The notes below the pieces were generated by a model, which was given only the letters and a program-made list of their open reading frames with translations, had not been told where the DNA came from and did no database searches. The translations under genes were made by a program, and so were the position numbers. A stretch of 64,000 nt of DNA from Felis catus (lineage: Eukaryota), in the NCBI RefSeq assembly GCF_018350175.1, contig NC_058383.1:20648001-20712000 (forward strand), given 5' to 3'. Every line of letters starts with the position of its first letter. Position 1 is the first letter of the stretch. Of this stretch, positions 1 through 12,313 are shown piece by piece.

Positions 1-4
1 TGCC

Positions 5-663
5 TGTATCAGGATGGGTGAGCTTGTGCTTTAGTGACAACCAGCCCCCATAGCTCAGTGTCTTAAAACGAACAAGGTTTGGGCGCCTGGGTGGCTCAGT
101 CGGTTGAGCGTCCGACTTCGGCTCGGGTCATGATCTCGCGGTTCGTGGGTTCGAGCACCCGCGCCGGGCTCTGTGCTGACAGCTTGCTCAGAGCCTGGAG
201 CCTACTTCCGATCCTGTGTCTCCTTCTCTCTCTCTGCCCCTCCCCCGCTCATGCTCTGTCTCACTGTTTCTGAAAAATAAAAAAAAATGTAAATTAAAAA
301 AATTAAAAAAACAAACAAACAAGGTTTATTTATTACTCATGCAGCATGTGCGATACAACTGGCCACCAAGGAGGGCACGGGCATCGGTTGCTCCGTGAAG
401 TCAGCACGTAGGACCCTGGGGGACAGTCCACCGTCTAATGAAGCCACTCTTTTCCACGTGAAGCCCCCGCGTGGCTGCCACAGGAGAGAGAGGAGGACGG
501 AGAATCGCACACCAGTTGCTAACATCTTCTGCACAGAACTGGCGCGTGCCATTTTTCATCAGTCCGAACAGGTCGCGGGGCCGTGCCTAGCCTCGAGGGG
601 GCTGGGGGCGCACCAGAAAGAGAAACCAGAAATGATGGGTGAGCGTTAGTGACATCTGCCATA
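5..663 (-). mobile_element. ERVL-MaLR MLT1 (I/J/K-like) solo LTR, interrupted by a Can-SINE
   Basis: Resembles the antisense MLT1 end (tgtatcaggatggg...ctcagtgtcttaaaac...aaggtttattt...catgt); sequence resumes after the SINE TSD. Confidence 0.7.
81..312 (+). mobile_element. Can-SINE (SINEC_Fc type)
   Basis: gggcgcctgggtggctcagtcgg head, Pol III A/B boxes, CT tract, A tail; 15-bp TSD aaac(g/a)aacaaggttt at 66-80 and 313-327. Confidence 0.97.
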
Positions 664-664
664 G

Positions 665-797
665 CGTTCTTTCCCAACGGTGGGACGGCTGCACAGAAAG
701 GTTAGGCAACGTACGTGCCCAAGTTCAAACCGACAGTGGGGCTCGGTTGAAACCAGTGAACCAAAAACCCAGTCCATCCGATCATTCCCTTAACCAA
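665..797 (-). mobile_element. MIR fragment
   Basis: Degenerate MIR core (cacagaaaggttaggcaac...gcccaag). Confidence 0.55.
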
Positions 798-1199
798 AGG
801 GGTGAACACGATCCTCAAGGCCGGACAAGAGAGCGCCTGGGGAAGGGAAGGGTACAGAGTTGAGACGTCTCAAAGACAACAGTTGAAGAAACAGGGGGTG
901 AAGGTTAGCAAGCCATCAAGGACTGCTGCTGGACGGCCCCATAGCCATCGCTGCACCCCGGGGAGGGTGACAACGTGAAAACGAACAGCTGTCGTCATGT
1001 CAAGGTTGAGGTTTAGAGAACGTTAAGGGAGCATCAAAGTGATGGACAGAATCGGACGCCCAGAACGCATCTCCATAAACGCTATGCTTTATAGATGCTC
1101 TGGAACACCACTTAGTTCCCACCTCCCTCCTGTCTCAAAGAATACGACGCCCGAATTAAGTGGCGGCTGCCTCTACTGAAGTTCCAAAAAGGCCTGGGG

Positions 1200-1535
1200 C
1201 TCTCTTTCTGGCCTCCAACGCTTGATACGTACTATTTCCTCGTCCCCAGACATTCTTCCGGTTTCTCCACCTGGGTAAGTCCTCTTGACCCTATGGATTC
1301 AGCTTAGACACCTCCTCTCACGTAAGCTGAGCACAGCTGTGTGCCCCGGAGAGGACCTCCAAGACGGTGTCTCTCTGCCTTATCAACAGACCTCCTGCAT
1401 AATGTTTAAAATGCCTCAAAAACTCCTCAAGGGCCCCATCTGGAATTTCTCCATCCCCTGACTCCTCAGTCTCCAGCAGGGCGCCTGGCACCTTTGAGAG
1501 TCTCCAAAAATGCCTGTTGAACGAACGACTATGTT
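1200..1535 (+). mobile_element. L2 3' fragment
   Basis: L2 3' end-like cagggcgcctggcac...aaatgcctgttgaacgaacga. Confidence 0.6.
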
Positions 1536-1556
1536 TGGCAAAAAATGCGATATAGT

Positions 1557-1953
1557 CCAGGGCTTCTCAAACTTGGATGTATGTCTTTATTACCTAGAGA
1601 CATCAAAATTTGTTTTTTTTTTTTCATTTTGGAGAGAGAGAGAGAGAGAGAGCACAAGCAGGGGGAGGGGCAGAGAGAGAGGGACACACGGAATCCGAAG
1701 CAGCCGCCGGGGCTCTGAGCACAGAGCCGGATGCGGGGCTCGAACCCACGCACCGTGAGATCGCGACCTGAGCTGAAGTTGGACGCTGAACTGACTGAAC
1801 CACCCAGGCGCCCGCCCCGCCTTCCTGGGATATTTGAAAATCAGAGTTTGACTCAGTGGGGACAGGATGGTGCCCGAGATCGTACATTTCCAGTAAGTTC
1901 TCAGGTGATGCTAACAGGCGCTGGTCCAGGGACACACTTTGATCAGCAAGGCT
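1557..1953 (-). mobile_element. MER5A-like hAT-Charlie MITE interrupted by a Can-SINE
   Basis: cagggcttctcaaactt...caggtgatgct...gctggtccagggacacactttga matches antisense MER5A. Confidence 0.75.
1609..1813 (-). mobile_element. Can-SINE
   Basis: Antisense head cacccaggcgccc, GA tract, T tail. Confidence 0.95.
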
Positions 1954-1959
1954 GCATTG

Positions 1960-2422
1960 CACATGCTCCACCTGTACCGCTTCATCACACTGTGCCCGGG
2001 AACGCCAACGTGAGAGCCTGAGGCTGCCAGCGCCTGTGACTCTTTGCTCGAGGTGTCGCTCTGGCTGCTGGAGCCCAGCTGGCCCGTGCTGACGCAGGGT
2101 GAAAGTGGCTTAGAGTTAACACCCCGCCCCCAGGAGCGGCCGGCGATCAGTGGCTGATGAACACAAGGGAGTACGTACCCCAGCTCTCTCTCATCCCTTG
2201 ATTGGAGAAGCCCCGAGATATTCCCCCACCGTGGCGACCCCGAGTTTCCCTGTGGGACTGTGCCTCCTTCACCCGCATGGCATCCTGCTTTTTGCTATTT
2301 GCCTCCCTCTGTTCTTGCTTCCACGCCTCTACTGGGGTTCCCCGGGGATGAGCGCCTAAATGAGCCGCCTGTCATCCCGTCACTGACTCAGGGCTCCTCC
2401 CAGGGGAAACCAACTTAAGGCA
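1960..2422 (+). mobile_element. ERVL LTR16-like solo LTR
   Basis: agagttaacacccc...ccagctctctc interior and ggggaaaccaacttaaggca terminus typical of LTR16. Confidence 0.65.
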
Positions 2423-2482
2423 GGTTCCTAAAACTCTGCTGTCTGTGCTCTTTCTGTCCTCGGACTTCCGTTAGGTATGCAC

Positions 2483-2516
2483 TCATTCATTCATTCATTC
2501 ATTCATCCGTTCATTC
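2483..2516. repeat. (TCAT)n microsatellite, probably an L2 tail relic
   Basis: tcattcattcattcattcattcatccgttcattc. Confidence 0.85.
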
Positions 2517-2829
2517 GTGCCACAAGTGGGCAGGTAGGGAAGGATCAATCAATACTTGAGGGTGGGGATGAAGTTTGGTTTTTTGGTGTTCCCAGTTCCT
2601 GGCAGAAAAGTAGAGACAGCTGCGTCTCTGGAACATGGTGGTTGGCGAGAGCGGGAAGGAAGAAAAGAGCTATTCTGCCCTGGTTCCTCGAGCCCAGCGC
2701 CGGCCACGGTGGACGGAAGCCGTGCGGGTGGTGGTGGAGCCAACGACGCGGAACATTCCAGAAGAGACAGCACAGCAGTTAAGCTGCCGTGCAGATAAAT
2801 CCAAATTTCCCTTCTGCCCATTTCTCACA

Positions 2830-2995
2830 AGGTCCTTGAATTCTCTGTGCCTCGGTGGCCTCATCTTTAAAATCGGTAGGACCTTTGTTTAGGGAGTAGC
2901 GTTATTAGCGAAGATTAAACGAGATAGTGAATGAATATCGACTCCCCCAAACCCGCGCGACACGACGTGCTCAGAAAGCAGCAAACCCCATTACT
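2830..2995 (+). mobile_element. MIR
   Basis: ctctgtgcctcggtggcctcatctttaaaatcgg...gaagattaaacgagata. Confidence 0.75.
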
Positions 2996-3159
2996 GTCGC
3001 CGTCACCTTTGGCCGTCTCCAATCCGCCAGCCCCTGCGCTAAAGCCCGCTTGCCTGGTGTCCGAGATGGAGTTCGGAGCAGAGGCGAGTAGCGGAGTGAG
3101 GTACAGCCCCCTTCTTTCCATCTGAGGGAACCGTTCTACTGCAGGGGAGGTTCTGGAAC

Positions 3160-3335
3160 GAGATGAGCCGGCCTGGGTCCAAATCCCAGCTCCGCCACCG
3201 GTGACGGTGGGCAGTTACGTAACCGCTCCGAGCCTCAGCGTCCTCATCTGTATAATGGGCACAATAGCACCTTATCGTATCAAGGTAACCTTGATGTATA
3301 AATGGCCTGACATACAGAAAGACATAGGAAGAGCT
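3160..3335 (+). mobile_element. MIR
   Basis: cctgggtccaaatcccagctccgccac...gagcctcagcgtcctcatctgtataatggg. Confidence 0.85.
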
Positions 3336-4524
3336 CGCCAGCTGTCTCCTGGTGTCATTAACATTACCTCTGCGAACACCAGACCTACGGAAGCTACAGG
3401 CTTTCCACCCTGCTGGCGTCTCCTCCCGTATGTATCCAGGAGGACAGGCTTGATTCCTTTCGCTTGCCTGCCAGCTTCAAAAGAGCTCTTCATTTTCAAA
3501 GGATACATTTGATAAGTTTGTGAATTTGCATGCTGCCAAAGGCCCCCTGTGGCTTCTGTAAGTCCAGATTATTCTGTTTATTCCTTCAGTCACATCTGTC
3601 GATTACCGCGTGGAGGCAGCTCGTTTTATTATGTCTCGGGCTTCCCAGATGCCTGCTTGAGGCAGCCTTTGTTAACCGTCCCTGCCGGCCACAGCCACCG
3701 AGTGAAATGTTAACAGTGGCGCCCACGGTCCCGGTCACCCACAGGGCTCCCGAGAGCACGTCGGGGCTGAGAAGCTCCTGGGGAGAGCCCCCGTGTTTCA
3801 CCCCGCCCCGCCCCCCAAGCAACCAGAGCTTCCCTGTTTCCCTATCATTTTTCCGAATTGGTACCAACAGCTGGTCTCATCCTTATACAAGACAAACATA
3901 CTCGTTTCCCCTGTTTTATTATTAACACATTCTGGCATAATTGCTTGGGCTCTCGACTGTGACCTGTTAGAGATTCGCTCAGCCGCGCAATCTTCAAGGG
4001 GAATACGGCATCGTGGTTAAAGACCGCGGTACGCGTTTTTCCCCAACCCAAATCTATTTGTCTGTGAGCCCCCAAGTCAAATCTCTTGTTGAATTTGTTC
4101 AAACATAAATTAATCGTTTGAATTTACATAGATTTAATGTCTTATAATCTTTCTGGTCTGGGGATCTATATTCAAGACTAGATGCCTGGGCTCAGATACG
4201 TCGCATTTAATGCCGAAAATAATTTTAATCCCTCCAAAGCCTGATTCTTTTCACGCATTGCTAAACCCAAGCAGTCAATCCGTTCTAATAAGACGCACAG
4301 AACCCGCTGCCACCAAAGGATAAATACACATTTCTAGGATTTGGGCCATGTGCACGGGTCCGTTCAAAAGAATTAAAGCACGGACGACTTTTGCAAGGGA
4401 GATGCAGTCGCCTGTTATTCCTGCGTCCTTGCCCCACCTCAAATGACACCACTGTCTATTACTGAGGCTCGTTGACCGTGCTCGGGAAAAGCATTCCTGT
4501 AACTACATCCACACAAGTGTCACC

Positions 4525-4690
4525 TGAATGAACTCAACGCACGCGTGCAACCAATGTTCGCGGAGTCCCTGGAATGCGCACCGGCCCGGGTGCTGGGCAA
4601 GCAGCAGTGAACGAAACCAGGAAGCCCCTGCTGTCGCGGAGCTGACCTTCCAACGAGGGAGGCAGACAAGCAAACACACACAAATAAAGG
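4525..4690 (-). mobile_element. L2 3' end
   Basis: gtgctggg...cagcagtgaacgaaac...cctgctgtcgcggagctgaccttc. Confidence 0.7.
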
Positions 4691-4699
4691 GTGCCGTTG

Positions 4700-5048
4700 C
4701 TCCAGACGCACCTCCTTGAACCTGGAGGTCCCAGCCGATCGATACTCGCGAGCCAGGCTTTCTTCACCCTCTTGGAACCCTGAGCCCACATGATGCAAAG
4801 AAACCCAGTCTAGCCTCCGAGAGGCTGAGGCGCCCTGGTGAACAGCCACAGAGGTGGCTGCACAAGCAAGCGAGGTCACCGTCGTCACTCGGAGAGCCGC
4901 AACCGTGTGAATGATCCCAGGCGAGCAGGGCAGAAGCAGAAGGGCACAGGGGTGCCGTGCACGGAAACTGGGAAAATGACAAATCGGTGCTGTTCTGAGG
5001 CATCACGTTTCGGGACGGTTTGTTACGCAGCAAGGGCTAGCTGCAACA
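4700..5048 (+). mobile_element. MaLR MLT1 (F/G/H-like) solo LTR
   Basis: ctcttggaaccctgagcc interior; 3' end ggtttgttacgcagcaagggctagctgcaaca. Confidence 0.7.
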
Positions 5049-5319
5049 CCTGGAAAAGAGTATCCCCAGGAGCGGGAACGATAATGCAAAGACCCTGAGG
5101 CAAACTCTACTTTGTGGTGGCGATGAGGAAAGGAGGCGGGGAGGGGGGGTGGGGGGGTGGGGGAGGGCGTGGTTTGGGACCACAAAGTGGCCAGAGTGAT
5201 GGGAACCAAGTGTACAAAAATTCGTAACTATCCTGAAGAATTTCTAAGGAATGCAGAGTTCTGATTCTATGAGCCTACAGCTACTGCCCCTGCCCCTTGC
5301 CAAGGTCACACTCCCGTAA

Positions 5320-5505
5320 CAACAGCCGCCGTGACTGAGGTACTTTCTTGTCATTTCACTTATTCCTCACAGCATCGCATGTGGAACATCCTATTATTAC
5401 TCCCATTTCAGACATGAAGAAATTTTGCTTGGAGAGAAGTTTTACAAACACCTAGTAAGCAAGAAGAGGAAGAAGAAGAAGAAGAAGATCTAACTCCAAA
5501 GGCCA
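5320..5505 (-). mobile_element. MIR containing a (GAA)n tract at 5461-5488
   Basis: tattattactcccatttcagacatgaagaaat MIR core. Confidence 0.65.
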
Positions 5506-5507
5506 TT

Positions 5508-5729
5508 GTTTATCTTCATTATTTTTGGTTTATTTATTGATTTTGAGAGAAAGGGGGAGAGAGAAACAGACAGATAGACAGACAGTGAGAGAGAGAATCC
5601 CAAGCAGGCTCCACACTGTCAGCACAGCGCCTGACGCGGGGCTCGAACCCATGAACTGTGTGTGAGATCATGACCTGAGCCAAAACCAAGAGTCGGACAC
5701 TTAACCGACTGAAGCCAGCCAGGCGCCCC
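5508..5729 (-). mobile_element. Can-SINE (older gactctt/cttgggattct subtype)
   Basis: Full antisense body; TSD aaaggccatt at 5498-5507 and 5731-5740. Confidence 0.95.
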
Positions 5730-6781
5730 TAAAGGCCATTTTTAAAAATCACTATGCTTCCTAGGCTCCTACCCCTTCATTCCTTGCCACGCTCACACGT
5801 GGGGGCAACTCCTCCCGGACGCACTGCCTTCGCTGTGGCCGTCCCCCTGGTCCAAGGAACTAAAGCCAGAGATGTTTCTTGCCAATCAATCTAGCACGTC
5901 CACCGACCCCACATCTTCAGCCTAGCTGAATGGCATTTTTTTCAGGTACAGTAAGCCCAGCTCAACACCACTCGGAGCCACTGCTTTAACCACGTAGAGC
6001 CAAAGATCCTGTGCCTACTGAATTCCTGGGACGCCCGTCTCCCCGCCTACTAAACCCACGCAGCTACAGGCACGTTGCACCGGTCTCTGGTCCCTGTCCT
6101 CAGTCTGTACATATTTTTGTGCTCTAACAGAGACGGCAGGCTCAAACTACAGCCTTCAATACAGCCAAGAATTCGAAGAAGGTCCTATAGAGTAGATCCA
6201 TAAAATGGACAGCGAAGACTGAAGAGAGGGTTTGTTGTCGGGTTTTTGTTTTTGTTTTTTGTTTTTTGGGTTGGTTTGTTTGTTTTTGTCATTGGTGACG
6301 AAATGGCTCATACTCCGAAATAAAGGCTGGGGGTAAACTACTAAATTTCCAGATGACGATATAAGCATCACAGACATCACAGGAAGGAGTGTTGGGACGA
6401 ACCAAGACTAAGGCACTAAAAATTTATTTTTAAAAGAAGGAAATGTCCAACTTGGAGAAGATAACACATGCTTTCTTGCAGTGAGAAACCAAGCTGGCAG
6501 GGATGAATAATTGGGGTGTGCGAGACAGCACGGGGATCCCCTGTGGACATGTATTAGGCAATGTGTTTAAGAAAAGCGAAATCTTACCATACTCCTATCC
6601 CAACCGATTCACGCTCAGGTTCATGCTCTACTGTTTTCCGAGCCCTTCCGGCCAACTTACTGCCACGTTCCCAAAGGTCTACAGACTACTTGTACAAAAC
6701 TGCATGAGACCCCATCCTGGGATGCCCCCCTCCTTCAGTGATTCGTAAGTGGTAGTAACACGCTCCCACAGAAAACACTGA

Positions 6782-7200
6782 GTTATTCATTCTTTTCGTA
6801 AACCTTTGTGGCGTATCTGTTATTGACCGGGCACCGTGCCGAGTGCTAGAAATACACTGTCGTCCCTATCCTCAGGTAATGACTATTTAATAGAAGGGAG
6901 GCAGCGTGTCAGTGACTAAATAGGGTGTCCTCTGCACCGGGGCAGGGATGAACAGCTCCCACACGCCCACCTAGGAAGTCTGCGAGCCATAATGGGAGGG
7001 AGAGAGTTGGAAAAAAAAAAAAAAAACAAACGATGGTCCGGAGAAGTTTCTTGGACTTAATGTCACTCCTTTTGAGTTTTAAGGTAAAAGTTAGCCAGGC
7101 AAAGAAAATAAGGGCGGGCATTGCCCTAAAGTGAACAGCTTACTTGAAGGTCAGAGTCAGGACAATCCTAACACACACAGGGAACATGAGAGTTGAGGAA
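6782..7200 (-). mobile_element. L2 3' region
   Basis: ttattcattc tail, gggcaccgtgccgagtgctag, gttagccaggcaaag. Confidence 0.7.
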
Positions 7201-7222
7201 CAGTGGGCAGGAGAGAACATTC

Positions 7223-7464
7223 TTTTGTTGTTGTTGTTGTTGTTAGGTTTTTTTTTTTAACATTCATTTATTATTGAGAGACTGAGAGAGACAGAGCATG
7301 AGCAGGGGAGGGACAGAGAGAGAGAGGGAGACACGAAGCCAAAGCAGGCTCCAGACTCTGAGCGGTCAGCACAGAGCTTGACGCGGGGCTCGAACCCACG
7401 AACCGCAAGATCGTGACCTGAGCCGAAGTTGGATGCTCAACCGACTGAGCCACCCAGGCGCCCC
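7223..7464 (-). mobile_element. Can-SINE with (TTG)n tail
   Basis: Full antisense body ending ccacccaggcgcccc. Confidence 0.96.
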
Positions 7465-7519
7465 TAAAAATATTTTTTTGACAAAGAATGTCCAGATCAC
7501 GAATTGTGTTGTGTGCCAC

Positions 7520-8007
7520 ATCTGAACATTAAAGGCTTTTCCCTGGTGCCACAGTGCAAGAATTTTTATGTTAATCATTTGTAAAGGCTATCCAGCTGAT
7601 AAACAGGGTCTTTGAGGGGTCTTCCTTCTTTCCTACCTTCCCTTCCAGCATACTCTGCCCACTGGCTTTTGCCTTTGCTGCTCAACCATGGGCTGTCTCA
7701 GCTCCAGGCGTCAATATTCAAGGTAGGAAGAAGGAAGGAGGTGGCCCCAGCGCTAACCATCCTCTTTATGGAGAAATCAAAGCATTTTCCAAACTGTCCC
7801 CCAACCGATGTCTATTTACATCTCCCTGTCCAAAAAACCATGCGAGGTCCCTACCTAGCTGCAAAGAAGGCTGGAAATGTATGAAGCCTTTCCAGCCACA
7901 AAAGTGGTCAAACCACCAGACCTGATGTCAGATCGTAAGCCAAAGATGTTCATTTTGGGGGCGAAAGAACTTCTGGAAGATGTGGGGAAGCCACAAGATT
8001 GCTGCCT
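7520..8007 (-). mobile_element. MaLR MLT1 (J/M/N-like) LTR
   Basis: cctagctgcaaagaaggctggaaatg hallmark of old MLT1 in antisense. Confidence 0.65.
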
Positions 8008-8944
8008 CTGAATGGTCCAGAGGAATGACGGGGGAGGGGGAAAGGGGGCACTGTGGAAAGTGAAGGGCTTTTTAGTTTGGAAGCTGGAAGTCTGAGAGGG
8101 GGTTAGCTAAACGTCTGGTGAAGGTAATCAACACTGGAAATAATGCAAGTTACGGATGGTGCAAACACGAGCTTGTCCACCGATTTCTATCATTTTCATT
8201 ACAATATCCAGGTAGTGCATCAGAGCTTACGACAGAAGTCGTTCTGCTTTGTCTTGTTCAGTCCCGGGATAACCCTGGAGGTAGGGAAAATCAAGGAATC
8301 AGAGACTGGAAACAGTATTTCACCCTCAGTGTTGGTGTCAGAACCTCATCTCCCTGTAGAATGGAACTGCACGCACTCTTTCTAGAGGCTGCTATGCAAA
8401 CAAAAGAAAATAGCGCACATCATGAGCTCAGCGCGTATCTGTCGTGGAAAGGGTGCTCGATAAATGCCTGTTGCATAAACACATGGACAAAACAGTGCAA
8501 ACTTCCTCACGATGTGCTGGACACCGTCCTAAGTCTTTGCACGTATTAACTCACTGAAGCCTGTGACATAAGTGGTGCTCTTTTGATCCATTTCATACAT
8601 GTGCTCTCAGCCAGTGTGCTATATACAGCCTCTCATGTACGAGAATAGAATTTACTCTCTTGGGCGCCATATCTGATTTTGAAGATTGAGACCATCGTCA
8701 CACAAATATTCTTTCCAACTGTATCAGGGGGCTCTAGAGACCCCTGGCCTGGTGTCGGGCACCCACTCTGATGCCCCACATCCTATACCAAAGGTACCTC
8801 CAGCTCATCAGCCAGAGTACAGGATTCCAGATGGCAGGAAGACAATGGAATATCTCTCCTTCAGATCGCCCTGCTCTTCCAAAAGCTATCACCCCCTCGT
8901 CTGGAAACCTAGGCAGTCTGAGTCAGAATGCCCCTGAGAAATAG

Positions 8945-9075
8945 TTCATGCAAATATTTTCTGAGAGCAGAGAACAGAGGCCCAGAAAGGAAAGCCACCT
9001 GCTCAAGGTCATGCAATAAGTGAGTGGCCCATCTGGGCCCAGAACCCAAACCTTCTGGTGCCGAAGTTTCTATAT
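8945..9075 (-). mobile_element. MIR
   Basis: gaacagaggcccagaaaggaaagccacctgctcaaggtcatgca. Confidence 0.75.
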
Positions 9076-10302
9076 TACTCTTTGCTGACTTTGCCAAACA
9101 ATTCTGCCCTCCATGTTCGATGGTCCTTCCTTCATTGACATCAGAACCAAAAGACAGCAAAGGTGAGGACCACTGGAGGAGGAGGGGGGACACGCAATTG
9201 GCCCAAGTCGTACAATTCCAATCAGCCTCAATTGGAGACTTCCGATTAATGTTCCAAATCATGATATGCTAACATGAATGAAAGACAAAAAAGTACACTG
9301 CAGGAGAGCAAGGTCAGGAGTGAGCAAAGTCCAGGATCAAGCCCACGACCGAAGGGTTGAGAGTGAGGGCCCCGTAAACTGGGCACCCTGGTGGCCTCGC
9401 TTTCTTCACCCTGGTCCTGGCCCCAGCCAGCACCCTAGCTTCAAACCTGAGTCTTGTGACTGGTCTCTGGTGTCCTACTAATGAATAGATATTAAAATAA
9501 ATCCTCTAATTACCTGGTGACAGGCATAACTATATTGCATCATATTTTTATTAGTAAGAGCATTAAATGCAAACATTTGATACACACGACCATTTTATAA
9601 CCATTCGGGCACTTCATGAATTTTTTTAAATAAAGCAAATGCTTCCAACACAGTAAGGGCCCTGAGCTTCTCAGAAATGATGCCTCTCAGCACAGGAATG
9701 TTTTCTTTTTGCTCTGGAGTCTGCTCTGGATGTAGATGTCTCAGTCCCTGACTCCTGTCCTCCCCTCTTCGCTCCTACAACAGCGCTTGGGACCTCAAGG
9801 GGGACGCCCTCAACTTCTCTCTCCCACAGTCCCTTCCTTGTGGCCTTCCAAGCCCGACTCCCACCTCCCTCGTCCCTCATCTACCCCCACTGACCCCTCC
9901 TTCATGTGTTTCACGGGCTTCCTCTTCAGATCACAGAGAATTTCATCTCTGGGGTTTGTGGAGCTCTGTGCTGGGGGGCACCTATGGGGCTTCATGCATA
10001 ATTAATGACAATCCAGCTACACATGTTTTCTATTTGCAATTCGGGCTCTTTTAGGACTTTTTAAAACATACTTTGCAATTCACCAAAATTCTAAGAGGCA
10101 TTTAAATAGGAAAAAATCCATAAAAGCACAGAATGTCTGGGGCTTCTGGAAGGAAGCTTTAATGAAGAATTTCTCCCCAGAGGAGCGTTTCCTGAAATGC
10201 TTTCTGCCTTGCACCACAAGTATCTCCACATGAGTACAAGACTAAATCTCAGGTCTCCTCCAAAACAATGTCAATGGAATACATTAAAAAAAATGGTCCC
10301 AG

Positions 10303-10407
10303 GTTACCATAACAACCAAGGTTCCAACATCATGTTGACTAACTGCAAAGTGATATGATCAGGAAGACCAGAGCAGAGAACAAAAAGTATCAGGTTACTA
10401 TGGCAAC
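10303..10407. promoter_or_regulatory. Pair of RFX X-box-like palindromes (candidate enhancer)
   Basis: GTTACCATAACAAC at 10303-10316 and GTTACTATGGCAAC at 10394-10407, in unique sequence. Confidence 0.45.
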
Positions 10408-10566
10408 TGGATATACAGAAAATGGAGTTGTTTCAAAGGGGAAGTTTCCAGCGCAAAAGCGAACATAAAGCATCCTTCCAGAGTGAATGGTCACCCAGGA
10501 ATTTTCTACCTTGGCCAAGAGTTATCCCATCATTTTGTTCGGTTGGCAAAGCTCTACGACAGAAGC

Positions 10567-11092
10567 TGCATCAGCTAGCTATTGCCGTATAACAAATAGT
10601 CTAAAGACATAGTGACTTGGAACAAGGACCATTTTTTCCCCTTCAGGAGTCTATGGATCGGTTGGGAGGTTCCACCCATCTGGGCTGGACTCGGGTTTCC
10701 TGTGTCAGGCTGGTGGGATTTCATCTGGGCTTGTTCGAGAGTGTGCAGTCACTAGCAGGTGAGTCGGGGGCTGGTTAATCTAGGAAGGCATCGGTTGAGA
10801 TGGGTTGGCTCCATTCCATGTAGTCTTTCGCTCTCCAGCAGGCTACCCTGGATTTTTCTCGCGGCCAGGGCCAAATCTCGGGCGACCTCTTGAGCTCTTG
10901 AATCAGAACTGTCAGACCATCACTTCTACCATATTCTATTGACTAAAGCAAAGCACAAGGCCGGCCCAGATTTACAAGATATGGAAACAGACTCCATTTC
11001 TTGATCGGAGAGGCTGCACCATCTCGTTGCAAAGCGTGTGAATACAGGCAGGAGTCGAGAATTGGGAGGAATTTTTGCAAACAGTACACCAA
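10567..11092 (-). mobile_element. MaLR MLT1H-like solo LTR
   Basis: gctattgccgtataacaaa start; cacttctaccatattctattgactaaagcaaagcacaaggcc...cagactccatttcttgat. Confidence 0.8.
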
Positions 11093-11400
11093 GATGCCAG
11101 CTTTTATACATAACGTCCCTTGAGCTCACACACAAAAGTTGAATGTGCAAAAGTCAAACAATCCACCTACATATGAAAAGGCATTTGGCTTTCAAAGAGC
11201 CAAACAGTATCATAAGATGTCAAATGAGAGCTCATGTATTAGACACAATTTTTGACAATGTCAGGGTTACGTCTTTATTCTTGACTTTCTTTCCCTCCCT
11301 TCAAAGCTGAACAAAGTCAAGTGACCACCTGAACCCCAAAGGGCATGTAATTCACTCTGGATAGGAGATGGCTGAAATATTCATTCATTAGCGGATGGAG

Positions 11401-11785
11401 GGAGGCAGTTCGGTAAGGTAATTAAAAGTGTGGGCTTTGAAGTCAGATTGCCTGGGTTCAAATCTTCTCTCAAACTCTAGTTCCACGAATTTGGATAAGA
11501 TGCTTGACCTCCATGATCTCCGCTATCCTCATCTATAAAATGAGGGTAGAATGTCTTATTGATCTATTTCATTGATCCGAAGATACACTTTCCACTACCC
11601 TTGAAATTGGGATATGCAATTGATGTCACAGTAAAGCCAGACATAAAAGTGTTGTGTGTCTTATTAACGGCATCTCAGATTCAATGAATATGGTGGTGCC
11701 TTCCTCAGAGGGTCGAGTTAATTAATCTATGTTGATTGATTAGAACGGTGTCTATTCCCAGTAAGGGCTCGATAAATGTGAGTTA
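11401..11785 (+). mobile_element. MIR split by a TcMar MITE
   Basis: gtgggctttgaagtcagattgcctgggttcaaatc...ctcatctataaaatgagg; 3' part resumes after 11693. Confidence 0.8.
11562..11693. mobile_element. MER104-like TcMar-Tc2 MITE
   Basis: Degenerate TIRs ctatttcattgatccgaagatac / gcatctcagattcaatgaatatgg; internal tgaaattgggat. Confidence 0.65.
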
Positions 11786-11989
11786 GGAGAAGGAGGAGGA
11801 AAATCCGCATTTAGCATACGTGTCGGTGGTTTACGAAAGTAGACACACGATGTATGTACGTTCCAGTCGTGCGAAGTCTGAATATGTGAAAGAGAAGGTC
11901 AGTCGGCTTCTGCGCGGTGTCTTTTCGAGAGAAGTGGATAAAGGAAACTTCCCTGACTGCTCGTTCGTGCTAGCAACAATTTTTCCTGC

Positions 11990-12150
11990 TTGCTTATAGC
12001 CCTCCCATCGATCCTGGGAGGACAATATCATCTGCCCATTTCACTGAGGAGGAAACCGAGCATCAGTGAGGTGGGGGAGATGTGGTTAGGGTCACAAAGT
12101 CAATTAGTGGCAGAGAGGATCCAGGTATCTCTGACTCCAAACTGTCTTCA
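11990..12150 (-). mobile_element. MIR
   Basis: cccatttcactgaggaggaaaccgagcatcagtgaggt. Confidence 0.75.
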
Positions 12151-12313
12151 TTCATCTTCCCTGAGACATGACAGAGCAAGAGAGGCTAGCATGAGGGGCT
12201 CTGTTGTCTCAGTGCTCAGATTACTGGGCTAGCCAGACAGCGCTGACTCAGACCAACTCTCTAGAAAGTGCTCAGAGGCGGTAATTCGGTCGGGAGCAAG
12301 GCTGGGGGCTTTG

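Noticed and set aside
1230..1280. 25-nt micro-exon candidate (ccccag...TGG|GTAAGT)
   Set aside because: Inside a decayed L2; such sites are frequent by chance and nothing else supports it
5136..5168. G-run clusters able to form G-quadruplexes (also 33494-33508 and 43558-43589)
   Set aside because: Common in GC-rich mammalian DNA, no promoter context, and homopolymer lengths are error-prone
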